Shown here: piece after piece, positions 12,054-22,425 of the stretch
How positions within the stretch are numbered: position 1 is the stretch's first letter
Layout of the letters: each line of letters starts with the position of its first letter
Assembly (NCBI GenBank): GCA_000004985.1
Contig: GG738891.1
DNA from: Naegleria gruberi
Taxonomy: Eukaryota
Direction: 5' to 3' (one strand)
DNA length: 64,000 nucleotides
Notes under the pieces: generated by a model
What the model saw: the letters and a program-made list of their open reading frames with translations, nothing else
Told to the model about the DNA's origin: nothing
The model's database searches: none
Translations under genes and position numbers: made by a program

Positions 12054-12066
12054 TTTGGCGGCAAAA
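12054..12066. promoter_or_regulatory. Candidate E2F-type site TTTGGCGGCAAAA in the RFC4/LRR bidirectional promoter
   Basis: A GC-rich TTTSGCGS-like palindromic motif sits in an AT-rich spacer, 13-25 nt upstream of the RFC4 ATG (12041) and about 40 nt upstream of the LRR gene ATG (12104). Confidence 0.3.
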
Positions 12067-12103
12067 CAATTAAACGGAAATTGCTTTTTATCACCCGCAA
12101 AAA

Positions 12104-13903
12104 ATGAAAAGACATTCAAATGGCAATTCTGTTGGTTCTTCTACAACAGCAGAAGCCGAGGATAGCAGCATCATGATGCTTCGGGTTGATAATGATAATG
12201 ATGGAGAATCAATCAACAACACTGATGATCACTCTCATGGAGGACCAAAGTTGAAAAAGGTCAAATTGAATCGTGATGATTCTTTTGCAAATTTGAGTGT
12301 AAATATTATTGGTCGTATTATGGAGTATTATTCGTATTTTATGGAACATACATTTATTTTGAGAGATGCCAATAGTAGATTACTGTTAGATATTTATGCA
12401 ATCAAAAAATTGAACGATCAAAGACATGTCTTTCTTCTATTTCCAAGTATTGAATTGGAAATTTATGAATTTAGTTTTAATTTTGATTATTCATTTCCTA
12501 TGGATGTCAAACATCTAAAATTAATTGACAGAAGGCCATTATCACAGATAGAACACAAACCACAGGCTGCACTTTATCCAATTCACAAAATGCAACACTT
12601 GGAGACATTAGAAATATTTAGTAATATTCTACATGAAGGATTTATTCCTACCCTATCAACAGCCAAACATTTAAAATCCCTTTCACTTAAAAGTGTGTGT
12701 GAAATAACTTTGGATGGTCTCAGAACCATCTTGAAATCATGCCCTTCTCTACAGTGTCTTAGATTGGGAAACAAGGGTTTCGAGCTTGTAGATGACCATT
12801 TTTGCGAGGATATTATTGAACATCCAAATTTAAAGGAGTTACACTTGCCTTACCATAATATTTCAAGCAAGGGACTGGAGGATTTGATCAGTAATAGCAA
12901 AATTCACATACTTAACTTATCTGAAAATCAAGAAATTGAGGAAGCCGACATGTCCTGTCTTTCAAAGAGTGACAAGTTGACAGATTTGAATCTTTCTTAC
13001 AACAAACTAGGAGGAAAACAGATTAAGCAAATAGCCAAACATGGCAAGAGTGTAAAATATTTAAATTTATCAACTTTGAAAACAGAAATCAATCCTAAAT
13101 ATATTGGAAAATTATTACAGATGAATTTAGTTAATCTTTCGATTAGACATTTAAAACCAGTAATAATAGACTCGGCGATATTTGATATCAAGAGTAATTT
13201 ATCCAAGTTGGACATTTCTTTAACATGCGGAGACGAAAATACATCAGGAGATGATATTGCTATCAAAATTTCACAGAATTTCAGCAACTTGAATTTTTTA
13301 TCCATGAGAAGATGTTATCTGTCAGATAAATCAGCAATGGAGCTTGTTAAGATGCCATCTCTAAAACACCTAAATCTAAGCTTTAACAAGATTACAGATG
13401 ATACTATCAGACAATTCGTTAATCTAAACTCCTCTATTGAGACTTTCTATATCAATAATAACAGTCAATTAACAGCTAGTGGCTATAAATTGTTGGCTTA
13501 CCATCCTAATTTGAGCTGTCTCAGAATATCTGGAAAAATTGGAAATGACAGTATTATTCACTTACTGACTAATTCACATCAACTCAAGTTTTTACAAATT
13601 GAAGACTACAAAAGACTTTCCAATTTACCTTTCGAATTTTTGGAAAAGTGTCCTACTTTGGAACAATTATATATTTCAGGATGTTATGTATCAGATGAAG
13701 CTGCAGCCAATATTGCCATGAGCAGTGTTTATGATTTAGCAATAATTAATCCAAAACGAGGATATATTTCAAATTCTCTTCTCAAAATTCTTGCACAATC
13801 CAAAACTCTTCAAACAATTAGGTTAGCCTACGATAACGTACATGAATTGACAGAGGGCGTGAAAGATCTCAAATGTGGTGGAAAACAAGTTGTTTGGCAA
13901 TAA
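12104..13903 (+). CDS. Leucine-rich-repeat (RNI-like/F-box-LRR-like) protein
   Basis: Real ATG at 12104. Repeated L..L.L..N.I LRR units (LNLSYNKLGGKQIKQIAKHGKSVKYLNLS, LKHLNLSFNKITDDTIRQF). Stop TAA at 13901-13903. Confidence 0.65.
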   Translation: MKRHSNGNSVGSSTTAEAEDSSIMMLRVDNDNDGESINNTDDHSHGGPKLKKVKLNRDDSFANLSVNIIGRIMEYYSYFMEHTFILRDANSRLLLDIYAIKKLNDQRHVFLLFPSIELEIYEFSFNFDYSFPMDVKHLKLIDRRPLSQIEHKPQAALYPIHKMQHLETLEIFSNILHEGFIPTLSTAKHLKSLSLKSVCEITLDGLRTILKSCPSLQCLRLGNKGFELVDDHFCEDIIEHPNLKELHLPYHNISSKGLEDLISNSKIHILNLSENQEIEEADMSCLSKSDKLTDLNLSYNKLGGKQIKQIAKHGKSVKYLNLSTLKTEINPKYIGKLLQMNLVNLSIRHLKPVIIDSAIFDIKSNLSKLDISLTCGDENTSGDDIAIKISQNFSNLNFLSMRRCYLSDKSAMELVKMPSLKHLNLSFNKITDDTIRQFVNLNSSIETFYINNNSQLTASGYKLLAYHPNLSCLRISGKIGNDSIIHLLTNSHQLKFLQIEDYKRLSNLPFEFLEKCPTLEQLYISGCYVSDEAAANIAMSSVYDLAIINPKRGYISNSLLKILAQSKTLQTIRLAYDNVHELTEGVKDLKCGGKQVVWQ

Positions 13904-13909
13904 ATATAT

Positions 13910-16627
13910 TTATTTCTTCTTTTCTGACTTTTCCTCAGAACCAGGAACAAGCTTGTAGGTATGGAGCTTGTCAAAAACGAGAGCAACTCTCTTTTTCAAC
14001 CTTGTTGTATCTGTTATCATTTCAATTTCTTGTTGAAGAGTTTTATCCTTAGGGTTCTTGGTTAAAACAGTGCTCAGCAATTGACCTAATCCGAAATCAA
14101 CTAACTCTTCCCAACCTGGTGATTCATCGTGCACATCAGAAACCCAGTGATTTTGTAAAACTTCCATTTCTTTGTCTTCCAAAGAAAGATTCAACTTCAT
14201 TAATAAATGCATTAATAAAGTTGCACAAGAAAGGTTTTGAGAAAGTTCTTTCAGATTGGTTTGAGTCTTTTCAATCTTCTTTGTTAGAGTCAGAATGTCA
14301 TCATAAGTCTTTTCAAACAAAATGTCCAAGCTATTGATTGAGGTTGGATTCTTATCCTTGTATCTGACCATTAAACGCCTTTGTATTGTTCTGAATTGAG
14401 CTGCCAGTTTGTCCAATTGCTCGTAATAAATTTGCAAACCAAGACGGTTCTTAAAGTGTTCGTCTATAATATCAAAGTATGGGTAGAATGGAAGATTTTC
14501 TGTACTTTCAATCTTAATTGGAGATTTATCATCTGACTGCAGGGCAACATTACAGGCCTTCAATCTTCTTGTTGTTTCTTTGGCGAGTAAATACATAGTT
14601 TCAAAATTGGCAGATTGAATTCTATATCTTCCTGCATTCTTTGATACTAAGAGAGTTGCATCTTTTCCATTAGCATATTGGAATGTTAAGATGTTTTCAC
14701 TCACTAAATTTTCAGTTTCAGTATCTCCCTGTGGTATCAAATCTTCAAACAATGTAGCAATTGGTATTGGGGATTTGTTAGTTTCTAAAGTGATTTTGTG
14801 AGTTGTAACTTTCTTAGCAGGAACAATATCTCCACACAATCCGAAAGGAAGCAAAAAGCTGCAGTTAGATACACGAGGCTGACCTGTTAAAGGATCATGG
14901 TAAATTGCACTAACAGAAGCCTCAAGAGTCTTTGGAGTGCATTCATTACCACCAAATACAGTTATTGGGAGAACATATGGTGTTCTTTGAGACCCAGCAT
15001 CTTGAAAGAGTAAGTTGCCTAATAATTTGAAAATACTTACTAAGGACACTAATGTAAGTGGTTGGTGCTATCACATAAAATGGTTTTTCCACACTCATAT
15101 TAATTGTAATATTTTCTAATTGGCATTCATCACCTGTAAAACCTATGTACAACTTGATGGTCACTCTCTTATTTTCAGTTCCAGTACTGAATGACTCAGG
15201 GTCAACACTAGTTGGTATTTGAGCTCTTATTACTAAACTTTCATTTGCTTCATCCTTTTGATTTCTCTTTGTTTTTCTTATGATTTGTTGAAGACGCTTG
15301 GTTTCTTCTTCCAAACGCTCATAATCAATATCTTTGTTTTCAAGAGTTGGAACAGAGTTCGAAATGGCTCCAGTACCAAGATAATTTAAAGCAAGGTTTC
15401 CTTCTTCATCCAAAGAAACAACCATACCCTTGATTCCATTAAAATTAGCAACTCTAATACTCACAGGGGAAGAATTGCACCCAGCTGCCCAAGCAAGCTT
15501 AGGATCAGAATAGATCATTATTGTCTTGTTGTGAGTTCCCAAAATCAAATTTTGTCTTTCAGCTTTGGATATAATTTAGATTTAATACCTATATGGTCAG
15601 TACTTACTAGGATCTGAGCTTGGTTTGTAGAGATCTACTGCACTAGGGAAATAGTCAAATCTCATTTGTGTCATTAATTCTCCATTTTCCTTGATACTGA
15701 ATAATGTTCGTTCTCCTATAACTAGAATTTCAGATTGACCTGCTGATAAATATTGACTATATCTTCCAACAAGAATGTCATAGACTTCTTCTCCAACATT
15801 TACAGTCCAATTTGCTTTTACCTTTTTTCCGTTTGTATTTTCTTTTTGATTCGATCCGGATGAGGCTGCCAACATTTGATATCTTTCAACATTAGACCAA
15901 TAATAAAACAGCCCTACTTACTTGTAAGCTTCAACTTCCATCGATGAATTAAATGTAACAAAACTGTCCATAGATTTGCTGTATGTTAATGGTCCAGGAA
16001 CTAAACTTGTTGACAAGAATCTTTGGAAAGTAAAGTGGTCTTGCTCAAAGAATGATAATTGGCCATCAAAAGATTGAATACAAATATAATCCTTTCCGAA
16101 AGCACCTCCAAAAGGGCCATAACAAAAGTTGTAAGATAATCTTTGAAGAGCATGTTCATAATACAAATGAAGTGTATAACCTTCCATAGAATTTGGATCT
16201 TGATCATTGCTTGAAACAAAAGACTCGGAGGCTTGTTTTACAATAGTATACACTGCAAACTTTTTAGGCATCAAAACACCAAGAGCATTATCCCTTGAAT
16301 TACTAGAATAAAATTCAAAGCTCAATCCTTGCCTCAACAACTCACAAAAACTTACGGAATAAATTTACCAATTTCAACTTGCAAAATTGGTGCTTCTAAT
16401 TGTTTTTCCAACAATAAATCAGTTGGATAAAAAGTGTTTTTCTGAGGTTTATAAATTCTGAGCATTCCAGATAAACTTCCTACAACAATTTTATCCAAAT
16501 AATTATCTTGACTAGAATTTGGGGGTCTCTCATTGTCTACATTTCCTATACAAAGAGAACCCTTATCAAATTCTTCATTCACTCCGCATTTAGTCGACCA
16601 CCATTCTCGAAGTTTAAAAAGGGACAT
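13910..16627 (-). CDS. BBS9: BBSome subunit BBS9/PTHB1 orthologue (5 exons)
   Basis: Exon1 16352-16627 MSLFKLREWWSTKCGVNEEFDKGSLCIGNVDN (human MSLFKARDWWSTILGDKEEFDQGCLCLANVDN). Exon2 15918-16340 (..YYEHALQRLSYNFCYGPFGGAFGKDYICIQSFDGQLSFFEQ..). Exon3 15597-15875. Exon4 about 15010-15548. Exon5 13913-about 15000 (..HKITLETNKSPI..). Collinear with human PTHB1 throughout. Stop at 13910-13912. Confidence 0.85.
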
Positions 16628-16821
16628 TTTTTTGTACTTGTATTGAGATTGTATATTTGAAAAAATTGGCGGGAAATTTTGTCTTTATGCCTCAAACCAA
16701 CCTTTTGAAAAGCTTGAAATTTTCATCATCCACAAAATTAATTACAATTCAATCATGTATTCATCATTGCAATTCTTCAATTATATGATAATGATAATTT
16801 ATTGTACAATAGTCACAAAAT

Positions 16822-19800
16822 TTAGTGGGTTTCCTCAGTTTGAGCAGTGGCAGCGCCAGGTTGTGTGGTTGGTTGTTGTGGTTCGACATATTCTTCGAAT
16901 TGGTGAGGTTCGAATGTCTTGACATAGGTAGTACGGATGAGTGGGTAAGGTAAAATTTCTTCAAAGAAACTGATATCCAAATGTTTGGATGTCTTGACAG
17001 TTCTATCAAGGAAAATGCAACAAGTATCGTATTGCTTTTCATAACCCTTAGTACCATTCATGTGGAGAAGAATCATGGCAGCAAACTCGGCGAATCTCTT
17101 GTAATCCTTTTCAAGTTCAGCAATCTTATTGGACTTGACACTGTGAACAGCTTGAATCAATCTGTGGAATGCAGTAATTGACAAGTGGGTATTGTTATAC
17201 CAACCTTCAAGATTGACATCATAGACGCTGTCCTTTTCTTTCCAAGTGGTATTGAGAATAGTGAGAGCAGCAAAGGCCAATGGTAAGACTTCCCAAACTT
17301 GAGATCTATCAACGAGTGGAGACAACTTCAATCTGAGAGGGTGATCAACATCAGAGAAACCACAATCAGTAGCCAAAGCGTCAATTGGAAGGAACTTGCC
17401 ATCACCATAATAATTTCTGGAATATTGTTCGTAAGCACTGTCAATGACATCATAAATAGCTGGGGCATTTCTTCTAACTGAAGATTGAAGAGCAGATTGT
17501 AAACATTGTCTGAATTCCAAAATACCACCAAGTTGAATGAGGAGTGGCATGAGTGTTTCGAGAGGAACAAGAGTTTGTCTGACCTTCTTATCCAAAACAA
17601 ACTTTTCATCATAGAGTTTGCTTTCAATATCCTTGAGGGCATTGTTGGCTTGGGACAAAACTTCTCTGATCTTTTCACTTCTTACATAAATTTCATCCAA
17701 CAAGGATTGATTCAAAGCTCTGAAACCATACGGACCAGTCAAGGTGATGAATGCCTTCAATTCATTGTAATCCAAGTAATTTTCAACATTGTAACTTTGA
17801 ATTGGAGTATTGGCAGTTGAGATGAAGGTTTGTCTGTTTGGATGGAAGAGAGTCTTATACTTTTGTGGATCTGAAACCAAATCAGTGAACCATTGTGAGT
17901 AGATTGAAATCAAGTTGGCTGGTTCTGTTGTTTGAACAACACCGAATGGTGAATCAACATAATTCAAATGCACAAAGTTATCCAAGAATGAGTTCAGAAC
18001 CAATTCTTCAGTATTGATATTGACACATTGTTCAATAATCTTTAAGGATGACATGAAAGAGTGTAATTCACTCAACAATTCTGATGGAGAAATGAACTTT
18101 GGAGTAAGAGCGTCATTCTTCATTTCCTTAGCTGTCAAATCAATAGTAGTGGCAATTCTCTTGATATACTCGGCAATGTATTCTTCGAGAACAGTTCTTA
18201 AGTATTCAACAGGGTAGAAAACATTGTCATACACAACGATTTCGTCGTATCTAGATAATGAGTACAACAATTGAGTGACATTTCTTTCCAAATCACGCAT
18301 ATCATTGATAGAATTATTTTCAAAGTGACTTTCGACACCTGGAACTGCTGGTTCTTCGATATATTGCTTGTTCTTACCATATCTACGGAGGATAGTTTGG
18401 GCAGCAACATCACCACCGATTTGATGAGTTAACATTCTGTAACCATGAGAACTGTTCAACAAATCAAGACCCTTTCTAATTCTGTCGACTAATTGTCCGA
18501 GCATTTGTTCAGCAAATTGAACTGATTGTTGACCAATTCTGTTTCTGAGGGATGGATTAAGTTGAGGGTGAATATTATCAGCATATGTGTTAAGAATTCT
18601 GATAAAAGCAGTCGAATACAAAGGTTGACTCTTTGAACCAATAAGACCTTCAGAGAAAATCTTATCAACATCAGCTCTGTAGAAGTACAATTGCTTGAGG
18701 GATCCCTTTTCGACCAATTCATCATATAAACCATCGACGTGCTTTGAGAATACAACAATCTTGGTCATGGTATTAAACAAGAGTGTCATTTCAGGCAATG
18801 TTTGTTTGAATTGATAACCGGACAGGAATGATTCAACTCTCTTCCAATTCAAACGCATGGCTTCAAAATCTTCACTATTTTGAATATCTGACATGATTGA
18901 TTCCATAATACCAGTAACTTTGGCAAGTTCAAGCTTGGCTTTATGTTCTTCGATCAATTGCCTGGCCTTATTATAATACAATCCACGAATAATCTTGAGA
19001 GAGTATTTTCTAATAACATCTCTGTGTTGCACACAAACGTACATCATTTCATCCATGAGGTAGATCATTTCACTAATCAAAGTTTCCTTAACTTCCTTGA
19101 ACTTCTTTTGAGCAGACTTTGGAACGTATCCATTGTGATGGAAATACCACATGATTTCATTTCTGGCCATTGAAATAGCAGCCAAAACCAAGTTGAATTT
19201 TGGTCCAAGCAAACCAGGTTGATCCTTCATCATGTTGAGCAAGGACTTTAATTGCAATCTGAGATAATTTCTCAATTCCTTGTGATAGTCATGACATTTT
19301 TCAGCAGCAATTTCTGCAAGTTCCTTCAATGATTTCTTTTCCTTTTTCAAATCTCCAAACTTTTTAATCATGACATATTCTTTGAAAGGATCGTGAATGT
19401 TGTAAACTTCATCACCGTAGAGTGGAATGACCAAGTTATTGGCCAAAACTCTTTGTAAGAGAATTTCATAACAACGAAGAGGAGCATCCTTGTCCTTCTT
19501 CTTGCTGACTACAACTGGTGTCATTCTTATTTGTTTTTCTGGGGCACGAGCAAGTGCATCAGGACAACAAGCATAAATAATAGCAACCCATTCTACGATA
19601 TCTTGATAACAATTCAAATACAAGTATGTTTCATCAACAGCAGGGAATGGAATTCTATCTGGTTCAGACAACATTTCCAAAGGTCTTTTAACATTCAAAC
19701 CACCAAAAGTACCTCTTTCAAATGCTGGAATGAGAGCAATGAGTGCTTTACCAATTTGATCTTGAATTGTGAACCATTTTTCTTGGAAACGAGGAATTGG

Positions 19801-20620
19801 ATCAGCAAAATCTTTAAACAATTGCCAAACTCGTTGAATGTTTGGTTCTGCTTGACCGTTCAATTTCAAATAACTCAAGTTTAACAAACAAACAATAAGT
19901 TCCTTGTCCTTAATTCTATTCAGCAACAAGATCAATTTCACATATCCAACCAACATTTGCAAATAATCATAACATGTTAAAAAGTTGACATCTTGTAAAA
20001 AATCAATATTGGCATTTGTAGACATTTCTAATATTGTTTGTTGAGCATGTTCTGTCCATTGTAACAATTCTTTAAATGTTAAATAAATTGGATGTACTTG
20101 ATTAAACAGTGTTGTCATGTTATTCAATGCCCAATCAAAGCCTTGAACCTTTTCCAATTCATCAATGGCAATATGTGGAGCATCTTTTAATAATTTAGCG
20201 AACATTTTCTTCATATCCACAGGAAGTGTGGACTTCATAATATCAGGTTTTAAATCATTATCACCAAGTTCATTCTTTATCGTATATAAACGTTGGAGGA
20301 GAGCCTCAGAATGTTGTTTTAAAACAAAAAGCTAAAATAGTTTTGTTTCGAATATATTTTGCATCAAGTAGTAGTGCAGGATAGCGTTTGATAAATAAAA
20401 ATTGAAGAGAGGAGGGATCATAGTTAGTATAAATTATTATGAATCAGAGAGTGATAAATCCATTCAATCCACACAGTGAAAAATAATTTTCATCATCATC
20501 ATTAGAATAATTAAAACGATTGTCGTTTAATACGAAATAAATTGTTGATCAACAATAGAATAATAATGTTAAAGAGGAGATGATGTGTTTGCTCTGCTTA
20601 CCTTCTCTGCTACCTTTGCC
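16822..20620 (-). CDS. NCKAP1: Nck-associated protein 1 (Nap1/Hem/NCKAP1), SCAR/WAVE complex subunit (2 exons)
   Basis: Exon1 20600-20620 MAKVAEK with donor GTAAGC. Intron 20341-20599 ends TTTTAG. Exon2 16822-20340 begins LFVLKQHSEALLQRLYTIKNELGD, matching human [30 protein letters not shown]. Internal matches include [30 protein letters not shown] (human [30 protein letters not shown]). About 1179 aa. Confidence 0.8.
20440..20505 (-). ncRNA. Candidate intronic box C/D snoRNA inside Nap1 intron 1 (speculative)
   Basis: The minus-strand intron contains AUGAUGAUGAUGA (box C UGAUGA) about 55 nt upstream of CUGA (box D). The intron (259 nt) is 3-5x longer than other introns in the window. No terminal stem or rRNA guide was verified. 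Confidence 0.2.
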
Positions 20621-20816
20621 ATGGTGTGATTTACAGTGGTGTGTTGGAAATTTTTTTAGATAGAGAAGAAGGATTGACAAGTGATTGAATTGATTGGTCT
20701 GTTTCTGCTACGCGAAGATAAGCAAAACAGAGCACAGTAAAAACATGGCAAAAACTACAGTGAAGAGATCTAGACCTCAATTACTTATTAGCATGGTTGT
20801 TAAGGAATACACATTG

Positions 20817-20822
20817 AAAAAA
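20817..20822 (-). terminator. Pol III oligo-T terminator of the 5S rRNA gene
   Basis: AAAAAA on the plus strand (TTTTTT on the minus strand) lies immediately 3' of the 5S terminal helix. Confidence 0.6.
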
Positions 20823-20940
20823 GACTACAGCACCACAGGTTCCCAAGTTGTCTCCAACCTCAGTACTGATGTGGCTCGACGATGCTTAACTTCTCAAATC
20901 GGACGGGATGAGGTGCATGAATCGTGATATGGCCGTAGCC
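20823..20940 (-). rRNA. 5S ribosomal RNA gene
   Basis: The reverse complement reads GGCUACGGCCAUAUCACGAUUCAUGCACCUCAUCCCGUCCGAUUUGAGAAGUUAAGCAUCGUCGAGCCACAUCAGUACUGAGGUUGGAGACAACUUGGGAACCUGUGGUGCUGUAGUC. It is collinear with eukaryotic 5S rRNA (loop C AGUAC motif, GGGA..CC, terminal helix GGCUAC/GUAGUC). Length is 118 nt, followed by T6 on the transcribed strand. Confidence 0.92.
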
Positions 20941-21096
20941 AACAATTTGTTTGAATTTATAATTATTAAGGGCAAATTCACCAGTCAATATTGATAGAGA
21001 ATTATAAATAATACCACTCTAATTTTCAAAAACAAGAATGAACCTGTAATATTGCTATTATTTTGTAATAAGCTTATTTTTTAATAGATTTAAAAA

Positions 21097-21494
21097 ATGG
21101 ATCAAAGTGATGAGTAAGTAATTGATGAAAAATATTCTTGTTTAACTGATCATTTGGAATCAAATTATACACCAATTAATATTCTAATTATAATAATATT
21201 AAATATTGATTTATTTTGTATAGTTATTGTAATTTAGTAAATGCTATTCAATTATTGGAAAGACAAAAGGCTCAAGTGGAAAAGGATGTAAAGGAATTAC
21301 AGGAGAGACTCGCTCAGGAAAAGAAGGGAATGACCCTCTCCGAGCAATTACTAGTCTCGGAACAAGTTGTACAACAAGTTCCTAAAATTGATTTTGCTCT
21401 CTATCTTCAATTTTGCAAGGAACACAATGTGCACTTGGCAAAAGATGTTCAACAAGCTCTCGAAGCCTACATAAAGGAGGCCAAGAAGAAATAA
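21097..21494 (+). CDS. Small coiled-coil protein (2 exons), function unknown
   Basis: ATG at 21097 (MDQ..). A donor lies near 21106-21119 (GTGATG or GTAAGT) and an acceptor TTTAG at about 21236. The second exon reads NAIQLLERQKAQVEKDVKELQERLAQEKK..KDVQQALEAYIKEAKKK with TAA at 21492-21494. The ORF-track start at 21216 is TTG. Confidence 0.35.
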
Positions 21495-21646
21495 TTATTT
21501 ATGATGTAAAACTGAGGAGAAAACAAATGATTACGAGGAGTGAGACAGTTCTTATTCATCAATTACTTAGTACGAAAGTGGAGCTGAATAAACACTCAAG
21601 CTCACATAATTTACAAAATTCACATATAGGTTTATTATTGAATTTA

Positions 21647-22324
21647 TTATTGGATAAGATTAAACTGTTTGAAAAGTTCAATGTATTCACCACCCAAATG
21701 ATTTGCCATATCAACAGCATTGGATTTGGATTCAGACTCAACTGAATTAGAATAGGCATCACAAACAATTCTATCATTCACACCATTTCCACATCCATAT
21801 TCCAAAAGTAATTTAACAGCTTCCAAATCCTCATTTTCTAAAGCTGCACAGATTGGTGATGTTGAAACGTTGGTAACATCTCTAGGCATATCACTTGAAT
21901 CATAATAGGTGCATGTGTAGCTTCTATTAATTTTAGGATCAGCACCTCTTTCCAAGAGAATTTTCATTGCTGTGTGATCCTTCTTTGTAACAGCTCCATA
22001 CAGACAAGTGGAAGAATCATTGCCATATCTTACAGTGGATGTATCATTCCTGGTGGCGTTAGGATTTACCTTAATTTCATCAAGCAAATATTTCATCACG
22101 TTATGATGACCTTTATCGAGTGCTCTACATAAGGCATCACCAGTGAAGCTATACTTATAGTAGGTATAGTATTTTTGTGTGGTAGGGTTATGATGCTCCT
22201 CACAGAGTTGTTTAGCTTTCACCGAGTCCAATTTTGAGAGAAGGGCTTTAAGGTTCTTCAGACAGGTAGTTTCATCGTCTGTCTTGTTGATGGTTTCATG
22301 TACGTTCTCAACAGTTACTTTCAT
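21647..22324 (-). CDS. Ankyrin-repeat protein
   Basis: Real ATG at 22324 (aaaaaaacaATGAAAGTAACT); the track start at 22411 is TTG. Ankyrin repeats (HNVMKYLLDEIKVNPNATRND, DHTAMKILLERGADPKINRS, EDLEAVKLLLEYGCGNGVND). Confidence 0.55.
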   Translation of the reverse strand: MKVTVENVHETINKTDDETTCLKNLKALLSKLDSVKAKQLCEEHHNPTTQKYYTYYKYSFTGDALCRALDKGHHNVMKYLLDEIKVNPNATRNDTSTVRYGNDSSTCLYGAVTKKDHTAMKILLERGADPKINRSYTCTYYDSSDMPRDVTNVSTSPICAALENEDLEAVKLLLEYGCGNGVNDRIVCDAYSNSVESESKSNAVDMANHLGGEYIELFKQFNLIQ

Positions 22325-22425
22325 TGTTTTTTTTAAGTTTTCTTCTACTAACCGTGGATGAGTAGATGAACTTGTTGCATCTCTCACTGAAATGGAATTA
22401 TTGAGGACCAATTTTATAAAGTTTC

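Noticed and set aside
16764-17057. 97-aa minus-strand ORF overlapping the 3' end of Nap1 in another frame
   Set aside because: It is an alternative-frame artefact of the Nap1 coding region.
20345-20430. Peptide ..SNAILHYYLMQNIFETKLF followed by an in-frame TAG, resembling the NCKAP1 N-terminus
   Set aside because: It lies inside Nap1 intron 1. Joining the MAKVAEK exon to the TTTTAG acceptor at 20341 reproduces the conserved N-terminus without it, so the similarity is coincidental.
20760-20810. U6-snRNA-like words (ACAGTGAAGAG .. ATTAGCATGG) 3' of the 5S gene
   Set aside because: The spacing and flanks do not match the invariant U6 core (GAUACAGAGAAGAUUAGCAUGGCCCCUGC). U6 is too conserved for this to be a true copy, so it is treated as a chance match.
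20694-20927. 77-aa plus-strand ORF MVCFCYAKISKTEHSKNMAKTTVKRSRPQ..
   Set aside because: It starts at TTG, is antisense to the 5S rRNA gene and overlaps it almost completely. Its GC-rich character comes from the rRNA, so it is not a protein gene.
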